Shown piece by piece: positions 1 to 14,800 of a stretch of DNA of 64,000 nt. Numbering within the stretch: the stretch's first letter is position 1; each line of letters starts with the position of its first letter. The notes beneath the pieces are model-generated. The model saw only the letters and a list, made by a program, of their open reading frames with translations, ran no database searches and was not told where the DNA came from. The stretch spans positions 75,952,001 to 76,016,000 of the forward strand of contig NC_087436.1 in NCBI RefSeq assembly GCF_036321535.1. Reading direction: 5' to 3'. The DNA is from Camelus dromedarius (Eukaryota). Made by a program: the position numbers and the translations under genes.

Positions 1-206
1 CAACTAGCTACAGATGTGATAGAAAAATATGGGAATGATACAGTTAAGTGTCTTTTAAAAAATTAAGCACATTAATTTGTTTCAACTTAAGTTGAAAGGA
101 CTGAAAAGAAACATAAGGCTTTTGGTTTTTTTAAATAATATATTAAGTTTTTGATTGTGGCTTATTTTTGGGTCTTGTGGTTAAGTTGATACTTGAGCTC
201 TGATGA

Positions 207-383
<177 letters not shown>

Positions 384-447
384 TGAAAAAATTGTAAGAT
401 ACTGTACTTAACAGCTTGCTGTTTCCATTCCTTTTCTTTTTTAAAAG

Positions 448-545
448 ATTTAATTTTTTATTGAAGTGTAGTTGATTCACAATGTTTCAGGTGTACAGCC
501 AAGTGATTCAGTTACACATATACATACATACATATAATATACACA
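448..545 (-). mobile_element. L1 3'-end fragment
   Basis: Poly-T followed by attgaagtgtagttgattcacaatgtttcaggtgtacag, a typical laurasiatherian L1 3' terminus in antisense. Similar to the copy at 41068. Confidence 0.75.
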
Positions 546-1259
546 CATATTAAACCTAGTCTTTTAATTTTATGTTATAATTTTGTGAAACTATAGTGAA
601 GAAATACATTTAAAAAGATATTTATAAGGCTTTTATAGAAATGAAAGCTGCCTAATTACTGATTAGTACATGGGCATTTTTAAACTCTAGATAAGCTTTT
701 ATAGAACATAGATATTATATAATTAGTGAAACTGGAATTTCTGGAAAAACTTACACCATAACATTTAATTATTCAGTCTTTGTACTTTTGAAGTTTAAAT
801 ATACAGATCTATTGCTTCTTCAGATCAAAGTATTGACAATCTTAGATTGAAGTTTATATTGCCACCCTTTTCAATATTTATTCTGTATTGATTATAAAAT
901 TGGAAAGCCCCCTAAGTGTAGTATCAGAAAGAATAATCCTGTGGGCCTTTGATTCCAAAAGAATACTTCAGTATTCCTTCCAAACTCCTTTGAGAGTTTT
1001 TCCTTTCCTTTTGATAGGTATTATAATTTAATTTTTTATATATGCTCATGGTAAAATTTCTGAAAAAGATGATTTGGGGGAGGGGGAGGACCATTAGATA
1101 TTAAACTATGTTAGCAAGCTGCAATATTTAAATAGCACTGCTCAGTACTGTTTTAATTAAAGTGTTTCTAGCATTGCTATGTTTTCTCCATTTTAAACAT
1201 CCTCTGTCATAGCCTCCAGCCACAGAGATCAATGCAGTAGAAAAGAAGGTCAGTCGAAA

Positions 1260-1715
1260 TATATTTGAGGTTTTGTATGATAAAGATGACAATTCAATTT
1301 AGTGGGGAAAACAGATGGAAATGCAAAAGTTTATTATCTATGTGTAGACAAAAAAATAAGGCTGAATCTCTACCTTGAACATTATACTAAAATTTCAGAT
1401 AAATCAGAGACTTAAATGTGAAAAATAAAATGTAAATATACTTGAAGAAAATAGATATAAATTCACTTATAACACTGGAATAGGTAATATATAAACTAGG
1501 CTTTTAATCTCAGGAGCTAGAAAAAAAAAGATGAATCCATTAATATATAAATTTAAACCATTGAAAGTCCCTTCAAACCATGAACCCTAGCATAGAGTCA
1601 AATGATAAATGGGAAAAAAAATTTGTTACACACTTGACAAATGGCTATCTTTTGTAGTTTATGAAGCTCAAAAAGAAAAGGGCAAACACTCCAAAAGAAA
1701 AATAGTCAAAAGAAG
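1260..1715 (+). mobile_element. Old L1 (L1M-type) ORF2 3'-region fragment
   Basis: A-rich, with degraded L1 hallmarks (gacttaaatgtgaaaaataaaa...cttgaagaaaata; ggcaaacactccaaaagaaaaat). Confidence 0.55.
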
Positions 1716-3989
1716 ATGGAGCATAAAAGGATATCTAGCCTCACTTTGCAAATTTACTTAAAGCACAGTCTTTTTACATCTGTAATGTGGATTTGCTCAT
1801 CCTGTTGGAAATTAGAGAGTTATGTCAGTTGAACACAAAAATTACACTGCCTCATGTGAAATGTTTTTCCTAGGCAAGGGGAAGCAGAGTAATGGAGTGG
1901 GGAAGATGATGGTATAACTTGCAGGGAAAGGAAATAGCCCCGAGCTTGGCTGCTGCACTGCCAGCACGAAGACGTTCAACTGTAATTGGAGGACATTGAA
2001 TATGGTGCTTGTACCTGGGGATTTTCTTCCCAGAGAGTGCTACCTGTCAGTATTTGTGTGGCTCTCTACTAGTGGATGGCCCCCTGAATGTCATCTCCGT
2101 TGTCTCAGAGTTGTACCTTTATCTTTATTGATTGAGAGCCTCCTAACCTTGTTTTGATGTGTTTTTATGCCCTTGTGGCAGCTTTCAGCCAAATTAAGCT
2201 ACCTGCCTGGGGAGTCCAAGTTACCTTCCCAGGTGCCAATGACTGTTATTGTCAGTGTGCTAGTGACAGAGCTGTATGGTTTTTCATTGGTTTGTCCCAA
2301 CTCTCTTTTCCCCATGAGCCCTGTTACTTTTAGCCTGCCATTTTGCAGAATGTGAATTTTTTTTTAAAGAGCAAACCTACCTTTAGAATATATTTGCATA
2401 AACATCAGACCCATAAGCTGCTCTTATCCAGCTGCTTTCTTCCTTAATTGTCCAAAATCTAGGACATCAAAAGCATGAAAGAACTCTGATCAAGGGGAAT
2501 GCTCAAAAAGTGGATTGAGGGATTTACTTTGGCTGTTGAGTGTTCTGGCTAATTGAAGTTTAGAAGGTTATCCATGTGGATATTTATTGAAGCCCTTTGT
2601 TGTAAATCATTGTAACTGTGACACTATTATGCTGTTAAGTATAACATTTTAATCACAGTTAGGCTGATGATTTTTATTGAGGATCTTGCAGTGTCTTAGA
2701 AACTTAGTATTCTCATTGGACAGTATTGTATGAGAGACTGGGCAGTAAATATACCCTGACTCGTGATTTAATTTGCTTATAGTAATAAGATCTTTTGTTC
2801 TTGTGTTAGGTTTTTCTTTCCCCCTTCTCTGTATGTGTGTGTGTGGGTATGTGTTTGTATATAACGGGAAGGTGGGAAAGCTAAACAACTGCTGATAACT
2901 TCAGGATCTAACTGGGCTCTAGTTCACTGATGCTTTACAGGGCATCGCATGCTTGCTTTACTTGTTGATAAATGTACAGATTTTAGTTTTTATCAATGTT
3001 AGTATAAATTCAACCGTGTGTTAATGTCTTTGAACTTACCTCTGAGAGCTAAGCAGAAATGGAAAAACAAGGTTGAATAAAATAAAAGCCTTCAAGTAAA
3101 TGTTGGTATTTTATCTCCTGTCATAGGGCCTTTGTGGATTTTACTTTTTAGATATTATCTTGAGTAGTAAAAACTTAACAATATAGAGATTTTTGAAAAC
3201 CAGAACATACTTATCTGTAATGTAATATTTTTTAGGAAACATTTAGATTCTTTGCAGTTTTATTCTTTGCATTTTTCACATGTGACCTTGCCTGTTTCCC
3301 ACCATTTAATTTAGGTTTCTGTATCCACTTTTGTAATAAAGTAATTGGTGATTTACATTGCTTTCAAATAAATCCTACCTTCAGAAAACCAGAGGTTGCA
3401 TACCTGTGTGCATAGTTTTTGAAAGTGAAACTTTTTATTGGCAGTTATCTATTCATGCAGTGTAGTTGCTCCCACATTTATATATGAGATAAAGCATTAA
3501 AAAGACATATCTTTTTAGTCTTAATAGTTTCTCTAATGCTGCTTGCATCTATTTTATGTGACTCAAGATTTTGGAGAATGAAATAGCTTTGCTTAACCTT
3601 TGTTAAAACTACATGGTTTGTGGTTATATAAGTATTTGAATGCAGTTTTGATTATCACCAGTTTGGTCAAGGGTATTATTACCTACTGTCCATAATGCTC
3701 AGTTTATTAATTTTCTGCAGACTTTTCTTCTTAAAAGTAGCAATTATTTAGAATTTTTCTTATTAGCTTCTGTTAACTTTTTCAATAGACAAGTAAGTAA
3801 TGGAGGTGGATGGTGGTGGACAGTGAGGAGAGAAGCACTTTACATTTATGGGCCTAAGAGTTGAACTGGAGAACGTTCAGAGGAGAATGAGAAGCATAAC
3901 TAACAGGAATACCGAAGAGTTATGATGAGTGAACAGAAGGCTGGCTGCTTCACCTTGCTTTTAGCTTCTGTCATGGTGGTTAAGGAAGT

Positions 3990-4200
3990 ACATTGTGGAG
4001 ATTAAGAATCAGGCCTCTGGTGCCAAAGGGCCTGGACTTGCATCTCCCTTGTCCCTTAGTTGGTACAGAATGTTGGGCAGCTCCATTTACTTCAGTTTTA
4101 TTTCTAAAATGAGCATATTAAAATTACCTCCCTCTTAGGGTTATTGTGAAAATAAAATGAATTATGAAAAAAGCTTCTTAGCGTGTCTAAGTACTTGGTG
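3990..4200 (+). mobile_element. MIR SINE fragment
   Basis: MIR core-like sequence: ttcagttt...taaaatgag...acctccctcttagggttattgtgaaaataaaatga. Confidence 0.6.
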
Positions 4201-4632
4201 AGAGACGGCCTTTAATGCTGCCATCATTACTTCTGCAGTAACTACCACCACTACTGATGTCTTTCTTCTTCTTCCTGAGCTAGCCTGATTTCTGATTTTC
4301 TGGGTGAAGGTCAGGGCATCTACTGTCAGATACTCATTAGGATGTACTTTCCCTGCAGAGATTTCTTTGGATAACTTGAAGCCAAACTTGAATTTGCAGG
4401 TTAATGGTGTATATCAAAGATTTGCCAGAAGTTATCATATATTCCAGAGCATACTGTTAAGTGTAACTACTAAGATTATTTTTCTCACCTCTAAATAGTG
4501 ATTCATACTGAACAACGGAGAAGACTTTGTTTTGTTTTGTCTTTTTGCTTTGGGTCTGCTGACTTACTGTTGCTTTATGGTTCTATGTCCTAGCTCTTAG
4601 CAGCTCTTCTATTAGGTTTAAATATTTACGTA

Positions 4633-5128
4633 TTTAATTGAAATATAATTGACGTATAACATTACATAGTTTCAGGTGTGCAGTGAAATGATTTGATGTA
4701 ATATTGTGAAATAATCACCACAGTAGGTCTAGTAAACATCTATCACCTCACATAGTTACACATTGTTTTCCCTTGTGATGAGAACTCTTAAGATCTACTG
4801 TCTTAGCAACTTTGAAATATACAATATACAATACAGTATGATTAGCTGTAGTCATCATGCTGTACATTACATCCCTGGGACTTACTTATTTTGTAACTGG
4901 AAGTTTGTTACCTTTCGAGCACCTACACCTGTTTTGCCCATCCAACACCTCCTACCTCTCACAACCACCAGTCTGTTCTCTGTATCTGTATGCTTTGTTT
5001 TTTTAAGTAGATCAGTTGGTATTTGTCCTTCTCTGTCTGACTTATTTCACTTAGTATACTGTCCTCATGTTCATTCATGGTGTAAAAATAGGAAGATTTC
5101 CTTCTCTTTTAATGGCTGAATAATATTC

Positions 5129-5175
<47 letters not shown>

Positions 5176-5490
5176 TGTCTGTCTGTCTGTCTGTCTGTCA
5201 CTGTGTGTGTATGTATTTTTCACATTTTATTTATCCATTCATCCATTGATGGACACTTAGGTTGCTTCCATGTCTTGGCTACTATAAATAATGCTTCAGT
5301 GAACATGAGGGTATAGATATCTTTCTGAGTTTGTGCTTTTATTTCCTTCAGATACATACTCAGAAGTAGACTTGATGGGTTATATGTTTTCCATAGTGGC
5401 TGCGCCAATTTTCATTCCCACCAGTAGTGCACATGGATTCCCTTTTTTCCGTATCCTACCAATACTTGTTTTTCTTGTCTTTATGATAGT
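4633..5490 (-). mobile_element. L1 (L1MA/MB-like) 3' fragment with an internal microsatellite
   Basis: The - strand translates to ...ALFIVAKTWKQPKCPSMDEWINKM, the L1 ORF2 C-terminal motif, followed by L1 3'UTR. Confidence 0.88.
5131..5198 (+). repeat. Compound microsatellite (GT)22(CTGT)6
   Basis: Read directly from the sequence. Confidence 0.95.
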
Positions 5491-8400
5491 AAATAAATTT
5501 ACTTTAATACCTGTTTTCTTTGGGAAACCGGGAACTTGTTTGCTTGTTTGTATTCACTTAAAATTTATTATGGAAGTTAAAAAATATTTAGAAATACAAG
5601 CAGAAAAGTGCAGTGGATTATCATGTACCTGCTGCCCAGCTTCAGTTATTATCAGCTCGTGGCCCATCTTGTTTCATTTACGCCCTCATCCACTATATCC
5701 TATATATATGTATTTTTAAATCTCGGACATTTTAATGTAGTTATGAAAAGAAATCAGAGTTTAAGATAGGGTTTCCCTGGAGGTTTTCAGTCCTTGGCTC
5801 TTGGGGTTACCACTTGGGGAGGTGTAGAGAGAGGGCTGTGATCAATAACTTCTAGGAACAGCTACCAGAACTATCCCAGATAGACTATCCTGGCATATTA
5901 ATAGTGCCACTTAGTCTTTTAGTTATGATTGAACGTGTTTATTATTAGCTGTTGAATTTGGTTTGACTTCAATAGTTTATGGAATAAGGTCTATAGAATA
6001 CATACGCCTAACATACAAGTTTTCTGTAATACTCTTCATAGGTCCACAGACAAATATAACACGTTAATGCTCGAAGTATTTATGGTTACAAAATTAGAGT
6101 GGGTATTCTCTTTTCAGGCAAATTACTATAATTGTGGTAACTGGAAGTCTGTGGGAGACAAAAGATGTCTTTGTGGAAGGAAAAAATTTTAAAAGTTTTT
6201 AAGCAGGAACGTTGTTTTGAGACTTCTGTCCAAAGTATTTTCCTAATAATTTTGTTGAAACGTTAGATTAGAGGTGCTGGTTTAACTTTTACTTAGGCCC
6301 AGGCATGGGTCCATCCTTTTATGTAACTTGAATGGGAACTACTTCACTTAATTTTTGGTGTGAGTTCTTGATGAAGCCGTGTTTAACATGGCCCCTGCTG
6401 AGCTGCGCCTTAGCTGCTCTTTGTGTTGGAATGTGCATGGATGTCGCAAAACCAGAATAAGTGTAATTAGTTCAGCTGCCTTGGACACAAGTGGTTTTTA
6501 ATCAGTTGGAAATACTGTGGTGGTTTAATCATATACAACCGTCAATGTTGAGGCTGTTTTGTGTTCTCAGGTTGTATTAGTGCGTTTGTGTCAATAGAAA
6601 GAATCACACAGTTGGGAGGAGCAGAGAAATACCCTTGTGTTTCTATGTGGCCAACTTCTTAAAAGTCGGTTTTATATTTGTAGTAGAACAAGGTCAGTGG
6701 GAATGGTCTTGATGATTCGCGTGATCCTTCTAAGTAGAGAAAACAAGGGTGTATTCTAGCTTCTCTGCCTTTTTTAAAACTTAAATCACTTGATTCACTT
6801 TTGGATGAATTAGACTCACATATTCCTTGATTCTTCCACTTAAGAGTGTATTTTTGTAGGTGATACTGTTTTATTGTCATGAAGTAGGAGTTAATAAAAC
6901 ACTAAACTTAACGTTTAATTATTGTGAGAGAAAATGGCTTTGGGTCACCTCCTTAAAAACTGAAGTTGTCATTATTGGAGGATATGCTTCAGTATTTAGC
7001 TGGGTTGGAACTGATACCGTTACACTCCAGGTTACATGATTCAGTAATCTAAGAGTACATTTTGCAATGCATTCTTTTGGAGAGTTTGGGAAATTACATT
7101 ATTAAGTGCTTTAATGATGTCTCATTGAATTGTTTCCTTTTCCTTTTAAGTGGCTGATAATATTAAATGTAAAATATTCAGAGATAAAAATGTAGCTGTG
7201 TCCTACTGTGGGTTACTGCTTCTTCATATTTTGAATTTAGAACCAAAGCAGAGATAGGGCACAGGATCGCATCAGATAAAATGACAAAATAAGTACTGAT
7301 AAAGTGGATTGCAAAACAGAATTTGGATCTGAAGCCAAATGGGCCTGTTAATGTATATTCAACTCCCAAATATACTCACATCCAGTCATAGACAATGCCG
7401 GAAAGCCATAGACTTCTTCCACAGAAGCAGGCCACTTGCAAAACGTGGTTCTGCAGAGAACACACATGTCCTGAGAATAAACTGTTCTGAAAGAAAGCAG
7501 CAGAGATGGACACCTGTGGGTGCTTATTTTTTTCTAGTCTAAATTAGACAAATCACTGTCTTTCCTTGGAGAGGAATGCACTATAGTAACAGAGGTCGCT
7601 AGCACAGTGGTTTTTAAAACTACTTGACTGTGATCCGTAATAAAAAATACATTTTAGTGATGACCTGGTACATACACGCACACACATGTGAAACAAATGT
7701 CTTGAAACTTTGCTTATACTTACGGTATAATGCACTGTAATATTTTCTGTTCTACTTTATTAAAATAAATGCTAGTCATGACCTTTTAGGCAGATTTTAT
7801 GCCACATAAATGGGGTCAGTACAGTCAGACAAACTAAACTGCTCCCGGAAAATGTCTTCCCACGTGGAAACACGTGCCAGGGTAGTTAGAAGTCTTTTTG
7901 TTTCCTTACAAGATGATATCAATTCTACCCACAGCCTGGTTACCTAATCATTAGGGGATGTTGTGCTATTCTTAACTTGAGAGAGAGAATTACCTCTACA
8001 GATGTCGATCAGAGAACATAAAATCTCAAATTTTTCATTTCCCTTCAATGCTTCTCATCTACTACAAAAGGAAAAAAGTATAGCATTACCTGAAGAATCA
8101 TTCTCTTCCTGTCTAGACACTTCAAAAGCTTTTCCTAGATTAAGCCAGGCCAGAGAAGTGGATCTTCGTCCTGCAGTATTCTCTGCTCCTGTAGAATTTC
8201 TTCTACTGAGCTGCATGTAGGTGGTATGTCACTGGTCCACATGGAAGGAGTGTGTAAGACCCGACCCTGTGTTACTGATTGTGATTCCTTAAGGATATTT
8301 TTCACTCAGAGTGAGCCATCTTTAGAAAGATGCAAAGGAGAATGGACTCTGCTTTCAGCATCAGGAATAGTGCTTTTTCTTAGCACCTGGTTTGTCTTTG

Positions 8401-10152
8401 CATTAAGGACACTGTGATTAACGTAATGGATCATGTCACCCTACTTGTGTTGATGGCAAGAAAGCAGAGTGCTCAATTTTTGGCGTGCGTTTTTAAGACC
8501 AAACATATGCGATTTCTTTACTGACATCGTTACCCAGGTTTTTGTTTTGTTTTATTTTTCCTTAGCCACTATTTTTCATTGGTCTTAATTTTCTCACATA
8601 TTTAAAAAATCTTATAGTTTTGCATGTCACTTTAAGTCCTGTGGAGGAATACATATTTATAATTAGCTACTGGTGAAATTAGATTTTAAAGACCAAATAA
8701 ACTTAATTGTTAGAAAAGTAGAATTTTAAGTTTGTGACTTTGATAAAGTTTTTGTGATTTGTTTGATTTTTGAAAATTAAATGAATAAGTGTTTGTTGTT
8801 AAAAGCCTGTTTAAATTTATGCCTATATCATGTACTGTTGTTCCTTTTAACACATTGAATATTTGTTGGTATCAAGATAAAATACGATTCTGGAGGATAA
8901 AACAAATCTTGTAGATTTCTCAAATCTTTTCTGGAGTGAGGTTGAATATAAACCAATAAACATTAGAATTCAGTGTTTTGAGTTATTTCCATCTAACAAT
9001 GGTGATAAAATAATAAGTCAATTTTATGAGTGATATATGTTAGCTTTTTAAAATATATAAAATCAAGTGACATGCAGAACATAATAAAACTGAGTTCAGA
9101 ATCTCCAAAGTAAATTTTTAAGTTTGTGTTTAGTGTCACTTGCCAAACAACCATGTTCTTAACCAAATTAATTTATCATGCTGTTGGAGATGTATTACAC
9201 AGTGTTTGTTCAAATATTACTTGAGTTTGAAAGGCAGATTTAATTCATTTTGGTTTATAATTTTAATTTAGCTGTTTATATACCTTGATATCTCTGTATG
9301 TAATTTTATTAGGAAATTTCAGAATATTATCTGATTCATACTGTAAATTTTACATTGCAAATAGGTTTAAAATTATTTGAATATGATAAGAACTTAGAGT
9401 TAATCAGTGAAGCAGAATTAGATCATGGAGAATATCTTAACAAAATATGGATTTTTCAGTTATAGATGGAGTATAAATGTCAACCTTCTTGTAAAATGTA
9501 AATTAACAAGTTATCCAAGAAATAGACAAATGGTAGTGGTCATTTTGGTTAGAAAAAAGGTCAGGCCTCTCAAGCAACAAGGTTGATCTGAAATCTGTTT
9601 GTAATAGAACCATAAAACTATGCCTGTGCTTCTGAACATGCTGTGCATAGCATGTCGAAGTATGGAACTGCAATGAGTATTGCTAGCATCACTGTGGGAA
9701 GAAAGCATGTTTTAGGAAGGTTATAGTGCCAGTCTTGTACTATTTTACTAAATAGATTATAATGCATGCAATTTAGTCTTTTCTTAATGATTCAGGTGCA
9801 CTTAAGTACTAGCATTTTAGGTAATAGTGAAAATAAGGACCCCTACTGTGGCTTTGGAACTTTCTTGAATAATTACGCAGTATTTACTAAACTCACTTTT
9901 TTTGTGTGTCATATCTCAGAAGAATATTCATATTTATCATTTATATTTCTAATGCAGAACTCTTCTAGGACTGATTTGTCTCTTTAAAGTTGGTATATAA
10001 GATAATAATTTTTATATTTTGTATAAATGTTAACAAAGTTTGCTGGAATCATCGCTGATCTTGGAATGGAAAAAAGTATATATGTGTATATTTTACTCTT
10101 TTAATGTGCCCCTAATTGCTTCTGTGTTCAATGAAACTTCTTAACATTTTAA

Positions 10153-10293
<141 letters not shown>

Positions 10294-11734
10294 TGAATTT
10301 ATAGTCTTATTTTTATCATTTGTGAATATGTGTGTGTGTGTGTGTATACACACTTGTTGCTTGTTTCATGACAGGTGGTCTAATAGTATGTTTGTGATTA
10401 GTATTTTTGATACAAAGTCACAGTTGCCAAACTGTGCCCTGTGGTGCTCTGGGGAGCTACAGTGGATGAGGGGGTACTGCAGGATATTTTGCATCTTTGA
10501 GAGAAACACCGCAACATTTGTCTAACATAGCACAAACTACTATTATACATTTGTTGGGTCTAACTACTAAAAAAACAGGACTTTCAGATTTGGGGGAAGG
10601 TAGGGCCAGGGGTGTCATGAAAAATTACTGAACTATTAAGCACTTTGCAAACTGAGAAAGTATGGCTACCTTGGCTCAAAGAGCATAGGCATTGTAAATG
10701 GAGAGAACCAGGTTCAGTTCTGTCTTCATCAGTGACTGATTTTATATATTTTGGAAAGTTACTTATTGTCTGTTTCTTTTTCTGTAAAACAGGGATAGTA
10801 ATTATGAGGATTAGAAATAATGAATATAAAACCTGGTGTCTAGTCCAGGGAAGATAATGAGTTGGTAATTGCTAAACCCATTCAAAGGCTTTGAATTGTA
10901 TCCAGTGTCTGCACACTGTACTTAACTATGTTGGATTAACAGTATATGGCAAGTCTCTGCTAATTTTAATAAAAGTCTGGAAAAGTCACTGATTTTAAGC
11001 CATTCTCAACTTTGTGAAGATCATTCTGGCCTGACTTATATTCTTAAGAGTTTCCTTTGTGTACAACGTAATCTACCCCACTAAGAAAAAAGAGGGAAGT
11101 TGGTACCTTTTTGTTTTTTGAAGTTCTTACTATGTCAGTGTAATGCATTCTTAGTTAAATCTGGAAGTCATTACTAACACTTCTAGTAATGAAGTAGCTT
11201 TATTTGACATTTGCCTGGATTTTTAGCTTTTCACTCAGCAAATGTTTAATGAGTCCTTATTGTAAGCCAAATGTATAGAGTGTAAACAGATGAGTGAAGC
11301 CTCTGCTCTTGTTTCTAGTCTTGACAAGCAGGGTTGTGAAAATCACCTGCAGTGTGTAAAACAGCTCCTTACTCAGGTGCTTGGTCTTCGCTTCTTTTTC
11401 TAAAGTGTGGAATACTCATTGATTTACAAGTGTAATATAATCCTTTATACCCAGGGTTCACCCATTTGTAAAGTGGGTATAATGATAAGGTTCTGTTTAT
11501 TTCCCAAGGGTTTCTGTGGAACACAAATGTGAAAGTGACATTTGTGTAATACGCAGTGACATTTGCAGATTAGATCTGGCAAATAAATGTGAACAATTTA
11601 TAGGTCTGAGGTGAAAGAAATAGTATTTCACAGTCAGGACTTTTAAAGTTTAAGAATATATCTGTAGTGTTTAAATAAAGCTTTCTGTGATTGAAATGAA
11701 AACTAAAATGAAAATGTTTATTTTTTCTTCCAAG

Positions 11735-11814
11735 AATTCTTCTATTCCTTCAACTCTTCCTGAACCGATGACGGCTAGTGAAGCAGCTTCTAGGAAAAGC
11801 CAAATAAAAGCCAG
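11735..11814 (+). CDS. BMP2K: BMP2K coding exon (about exon 9): NSSIPSTLPEPMTASEAASRKSQIKA(R)
   Basis: ttcttccaag acceptor and gtaggc donor. 80 bp; in frame with its neighbours. Confidence 0.95.
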
Positions 11815-14800
11815 GTAGGCAAAGCTATGCTGAAATTTGAAAAGGCATTTTTTAAAAAAGGGCAGTTCTCATTTTTAATCCTAGCAAGTGTCATTGATTA
11901 AATACGCTCTTCACCCACAAAAAGTGTTGTGTTCCTTATTGCATGTGGTATGGAGCTTAGACAGCAAGTTCAAAATAAGCTTTTTTTTTTTGTATTAGAT
12001 AACAGGGTTTGACATCAATCTCCCTTGAACTGTTCTGTCTCAGCAGTCACAAAGTGATTGTGTAACTGGTGATGTTACATTGGGTCATTTTACTTGGGGG
12101 GAGGTTGTCTTTATTTCATCACATGGCAACTAATTTATGAAATTTTATGTTTTGCTTGATAGCCAGTATGACTTTTTTAACTTATGGAAAGAAAAAAATA
12201 TCTTTGTATAATTTGTATGAATGGTATAGTGGTAATACTTTTAAGACTGATAAAGAGATTATAATATTTTAAATAATTTTTATTATTTACTACATTAGTA
12301 TTTGATACAAATTACACAGGTTAAGTCCTAAATCTGACAAATGATTGAATTAATGACTAATTTTTTTTTTTTTAAAAGAGTCTAAAAGTTAATAAACTAA
12401 GGACTATGTTTTAGATAATCAGACAGGTGTAATATTACATTTGGGGAGATTTCTTGGTCACAGTTCTTTTGTATTATATTTTACTTACGTAGAGTATTTT
12501 ATTTGATATAAAATACATAAAATATATTTGTCATGCATTAGTTATATGCAAGATGTAAATACTGAGAACACAAAGAAGCAGCAGAGTTTATTTTCAGGGA
12601 GTTCACATTTTAATGAAGATAGACCAGTGAACAATTACAGCTTCATAGGTATCAGACCACTCAGTGGAGGAGGGGAAAGACTGGGGGTAGAGGAAGCAGG
12701 CTCGTGGGAAGAATCCCCTCCCTAAGGGTGGGGGTTGCTGAGCTCCTCCTTGAAGGAGGAGCAGTCAAGTCACTTGGAACGAGGGGGAGTGAGCCTGCAG
12801 CAGGCAGGCATTTCAAGCAAGAACAGCCTTTGGGAACCTGCAAGGCTGGGTTTGATAAGGGGATGTTCTACGGGAGTGGTGGGAAATGACTTGAACAGAA
12901 TGCCAGTCAGGGCAACTTGGTTTATATGGCATGCTGAGAAATTTGGATTTTGGCCGTTAGGCCAGTGAATTTTCACCTTGTAGTCACTTCTGCTGTTTGG
13001 GACTTGGTTGTAAGATGTGTTACAAATATTCTATTATTTGCAAATTGTTGAAAAATCACTTGGGAATGACTTAGTTTTAAAAAAAAATATGGTGTTGCTC
13101 TAAGAAATATTATTCTTCACTTGAATTTAAAATATTCGTTTGAGTAAAAGTCGAAGGAGTAAAGTTACATCTGACTTGCAGGAATTCCAGGGTGACTGAC
13201 AGTCTGTCTTATCTGTTGACACAGCCGTGCAATCGTAGGACTTGGCAGCAGCATTTTATTGTTACTTGTGTTTTCAAATAATTATTGTGTCAATGATTAA
13301 ATCTTTAAGAAAATAGACATAGATTTTTAAAAAGCATGAGTCAACTGAATAAGGATGATGTTTTGAATATCATTTCACCATGACACAAGTTTTAGCCATA
13401 TAATTATAAGCAGATGAAATAATGAAATAGTTAACTAAAATTCACAGTGCTAGTCATAGTATGTTAAGTCTATACATTATGTGTATTAAAAATAGGGTTT
13501 GTTGGTGCTTATTGATCAATAATATAAATTTAGTTTTTATTGATAGTATCAGTAAAGTACTTGGAAAATTTTTAAATGTTAAAAAGTTGTTAATTTTTTT
13601 TTTTTTTTATGTATAAGGCATATTTCCAGAGGGGAAATGGAGACATCTCTAAGTAGCTAGTATCATTATTTACATGTTTTAAAGCTTTTATGAGTATTAT
13701 CTGCCTGCCCTACCCTTCCATCTGTGGCACTTTTGCTTTACTTCTTAAAAGCTCCCTACCTCCTTCCCCAGATTTACATCTGCTCTCCGGACTGTTAAAC
13801 ACACGAAACTTATGTGACTTTATCTTAAAGATGGGAGGGTTGAGAATCACTGTCCTGGCAGAAGGAAACAGTGAAGAATTTTAAGAGAGAGTTTGTAGTT
13901 TAGGAAGATTGTTCAGGTGATAGTGAGGGAGAAAGAAAAGAAAGGAAGAAGGAAAAACAGCTCTGGGTCTGCTGTAATAGTGCATATGAGGCTGCGTGGC
14001 TCCGAGTAACAGTAGTTACTCGGTCTTTCATTTTAGTTAAGTTTGTATCTTCACTTTGCCTAATCTGTCCAGGCATTTTCTTCCCATTTCTTCACACAGA
14101 CTGCGTAGTTCCTTTCACTGTCTGATGGAATCATACTCATCTTTCATCTTCAGTTCTCACCTGAGCCTTCCCTAGCTGAGTTAGGTTAAAGGTAGAATTA
14201 CTCCTCTATGAAACAATTGCCAGTGCTGGCTTGGTGTTGATTATTTTTACTGTTTTATGTTTTATTATATTTTCATAAACATCTGCCATATCTTCGTAGG
14301 TAGACTGTAACTTTGAAGGATGGATACTTCGCTGTATTTGCTGGATATCAGTAATAATTGCATAATAGATATTCGTACATTAGCAAAATAAATCAGGAAA
14401 CAGTAGACTAAACAAAGTCTGCAGAATTCTAATATGCTTTCTAGAGGTTTGCTGTGCTCGTGTGTGTTGTGACTCCTCTATAGAGTGATTTAGAACAGGG
14501 ACGAGGCCGGGTAAGGTCTGGCCTATACTTCCCACTTAATAAAGAATGGATAGACAAATAGAAATATTGTGTGTAATATTTTCCACAGTTTACTTGAGCT
14601 TGGAGGATACAGCATTGGTTTTAGTGCCCACATCCATAATTTGAACTCAATAAATACTTGATTAGGTTAAATTAGAGGTAATTGGTTATATGTATACATG
14701 ATCTTTTATTGCCTTTTAGTTCAGTTTTCATATGACTTGTACCATCTCCGTCCCATATAAAACATAAATGTTTTTGTTTTTAGAAAACAGTACACACACA

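Noticed and set aside
4763..5719. ORFs of 61-128 aa, including one with a WKQPKCPS motif
   Set aside because: They are degenerate L1 ORF2/3'UTR and microsatellite sequence, not a host gene.
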